In this document: in pieces, positions 62,465-64,000 of the stretch
Layout: the number at the start of each line of letters is the position of its first letter
How positions within the stretch are numbered: the stretch's first letter is position 1
Assembly: GCA_045652425.1 (NCBI GenBank)
Contig: JAZRUG010000017.1
Span: forward strand, 16,003-80,002
Reading direction: 5' to 3'
Source: Eubacteriales bacterium
GTDB taxonomy: Bacteria > Bacillota > Clostridia > Oscillospirales > CAG-272
DNA: 64,000 nt
Position numbers and translations under genes: made by a program
Notes under the pieces: model-generated
What the model saw: the letters and a program-made list of their open reading frames with translations, nothing else
Told to the model about the DNA's origin: nothing
Databases searched by the model: none

Positions 62465-64000
62465 ATGCACGATAACGCGCCAAGACCTGTAAACAGACCT
62501 CGTCCCCCGCAAAATAATACTCAATATAAAAGAAGAGTTCCCTTAAAGAGAAAAAAGTCTTTCTTTCAAAAGCACTTCGGGCTTATATGCCTTATAGCCG
62601 CTTTAGTAACCATAGCAATATGCATATCTTTATACAGCCTTAAAACCGTAACCTCTGAAGTGGGACAAAAAATCGACTACTCGCACATAACCTCAAATAA
62701 ATTAGTCAGTATCTTTTGCAAAGTCGATACCGATTTATCGGCCATAGACACCTCACACCCAACGGAAACACAAATTCCAATCAAATTATTTGGAATATTC
62801 AAAGCAAACTCCAAACTCCACATCGCTGACACAGTTAGCCCCGAAATCCAACCGCAAAACGTTTGTATAACCAAAGGGCTTGAAATCACGGGAGATATGT
62901 TTGTCAAAGAGGCAATCGACAAAACGAAAATAACCTACAAAATAATCTCCCCTAAATTAAACAACCAAAAGATTGGAAAAGAAAATGTAACTATTACCGC
63001 CACGGACGAAGGTAATAACACCACAACATTCCAAGCAAATCTAACCGTCATTGATGCTCAAAACCAGTTAAACTTTGAGTGCGGTATTCCCCAAGAAAGT
63101 ATAGAATCTACTGTCAAATCGGTTCTGTCAAATGCTGATACCCTTGATTTTTCCCAAGTACAACTCAACGGAAATTTCATGGTAACGGGAAATAGTAACG
63201 ATACTGCATTCTTTGCAAAAATCAGCATCAAAGACACCACGCCACCCATAATAAGCGGACATCAAAACATCTCTCTTGATCTTGGCGATACTCTTAACCT
63301 CCCCGACAATATTACAGCAACCGACAGTTTTTGCGGCGACGTAAAAGTTAACGTCGATTCGTCTGCGGTTAACACAAAAGCTTCCGGCTCATACCAAGTC
63401 ATATATACCGCCACAGACACCTCGGGAAATACGGCTAAAGAAACAGTAACCGTAACCGTCAATAAACCCTCAAAATTAGCGCTCGACGTTAAAAACATAT
63501 TACAAAAACCCGCACTTCCCAATGGCTGCGAAGTCGTATCTCTTGCTATAGCTTTAAAATATAACGGCTATAACATCGATCCTATAAAACTGTATGACGA
63601 CTTTATGCCGCAGGCGCCTTTAAAGGCAGGTGATCCTTGGACAACCTACGTAGGAAACGCTAAAGGAACCGGTTACGGCTGTTATGCCCCCTGTGTCGTT
63701 ACGACAGGAAATGCCTATCTTGCTTCCGTCGGCTCGTCAAAACTCGTATATGACGTAAGCGGAAACCCGCTTGACTATTACGAAACACTCCTCGAAAGCG
63801 GAATTCCCGTTATAATGTGGGGTACTTTGCAAATGAACGGAAATGCAAAATTATGTTGGGAAGATACTATAGACGGTAAATACGTCAACTGGCATTCATA
63901 TTCCCACTGCCTCGTTCTTATCGGATATACGGACAAATCATACATATTCTGCGACCCGTTGAGAGGTATTGTCGAATATTCAAAAAAGAATGTTGAAGCC
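62465..64000 (+). CDS. Membrane-anchored protein with Ig-like repeat(s) and a C-terminal peptidase-C39-like domain. Partial: runs off the window end.
   Basis: Absent from the ORF track because there is no stop in the window. ATG 62465 sits behind AGGAGG. My translation: MHDNAPRP...KKSFFQKHFGLICLIAALVTIAICISLY (TM helix), then TATDSFCGDVKVNVDSSAVNTKASGSYQVIYTATDTSGNTAKETVTVTV (Ig-like), then QKPALPNGCEVVSLAIAL...HCLVLIGY (Cys/His C39-like). Confidence 0.7.
   Translation, partial: MHDNAPRPVNRPRPPQNNTQYKRRVPLKRKKSFFQKHFGLICLIAALVTIAICISLYSLKTVTSEVGQKIDYSHITSNKLVSIFCKVDTDLSAIDTSHPTETQIPIKLFGIFKANSKLHIADTVSPEIQPQNVCITKGLEITGDMFVKEAIDKTKITYKIISPKLNNQKIGKENVTITATDEGNNTTTFQANLTVIDAQNQLNFECGIPQESIESTVKSVLSNADTLDFSQVQLNGNFMVTGNSNDTAFFAKISIKDTTPPIISGHQNISLDLGDTLNLPDNITATDSFCGDVKVNVDSSAVNTKASGSYQVIYTATDTSGNTAKETVTVTVNKPSKLALDVKNILQKPALPNGCEVVSLAIALKYNGYNIDPIKLYDDFMPQAPLKAGDPWTTYVGNAKGTGYGCYAPCVVTTGNAYLASVGSSKLVYDVSGNPLDYYETLLESGIPVIMWGTLQMNGNAKLCWEDTIDGKYVNWHSYSHCLVLIGYTDKSYIFCDPLRGIVEYSKKNVEA

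Noticed and set aside
62677-63522. Minus-strand track ORFs 62677-62922, 63058-63249 and 63262-63522
   Set aside because: They lie antisense within the long plus-strand ORF that starts at 62465 (TM anchor, Ig-like and C39-like domains) and runs off the window.

Overview
The window looks like a low-GC anaerobic Firmicute, probably Clostridia; this is inferred from gene content only (DegV/YloV, rubredoxin + desulfoferrodoxin + flavodiiron cluster, TnpX/TnpV-type element). Most of it is ordinary chromosome, mainly on the minus strand. It holds a TPP-riboswitch-controlled thiW-thiM-thiE-thiD-thiN salvage operon, a nagA / nagB-like / DUF4091 amino-sugar cluster with an AraC regulator, and HAD, MarR and YloV-DegV genes. 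It also holds a ZIP transporter, an O2-detoxification cluster with a Crp/Fnr regulator, PepF, Ldh_2, DUF47-PiT, M20 peptidase-YfcC, a GGDEF protein, an MFS transporter and a D-aminoacylase.

Three accessory regions stand out.

1. 1-4434: a decayed island next to tRNA-fMet and tRNA-Leu. It carries a truncated tyrosine integrase and a large metallophosphoesterase-GHKL ATPase fusion gene that runs off the left edge and is absent from the ORF track.

2. About 31.04-41.42 kb: a 10.4-kb serine-recombinase (TnpX/TnpV-type) element inserted at the 3' end of a ClC channel gene.
   - It carries a six-gene plus-strand operon: HTH, Mrr-cat nuclease, D12 methyltransferase, DUF262, HEPN-like protein, second methyltransferase.
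   - Converging on that operon is a C-protein-controlled operon: C-box, C protein, HNH nuclease, PUA-like/PD-(D/E)xK protein.
   - This is my best candidate for an undescribed or composite defence system.

3. 54.1-59.8 kb: two integrase-less cassettes delimited by tRNA-Pro 3'-end-like direct repeats. One holds an FAD oxidoreductase + AraC, the other a membrane-anchored NERD/Zn-ribbon protein.

Other oddities:
- A TetM/EF-G-like GTPase fused to a Rae1/YacP-type NYN RNase domain.
- A family of nested-hairpin intergenic elements.
- An attB-like palindrome shared between the element insertion site and the tRNA-Pro terminator.

No rRNA genes or CRISPR arrays were seen. All calls come from reading the sequence and from motif recognition by eye; no database search was run.
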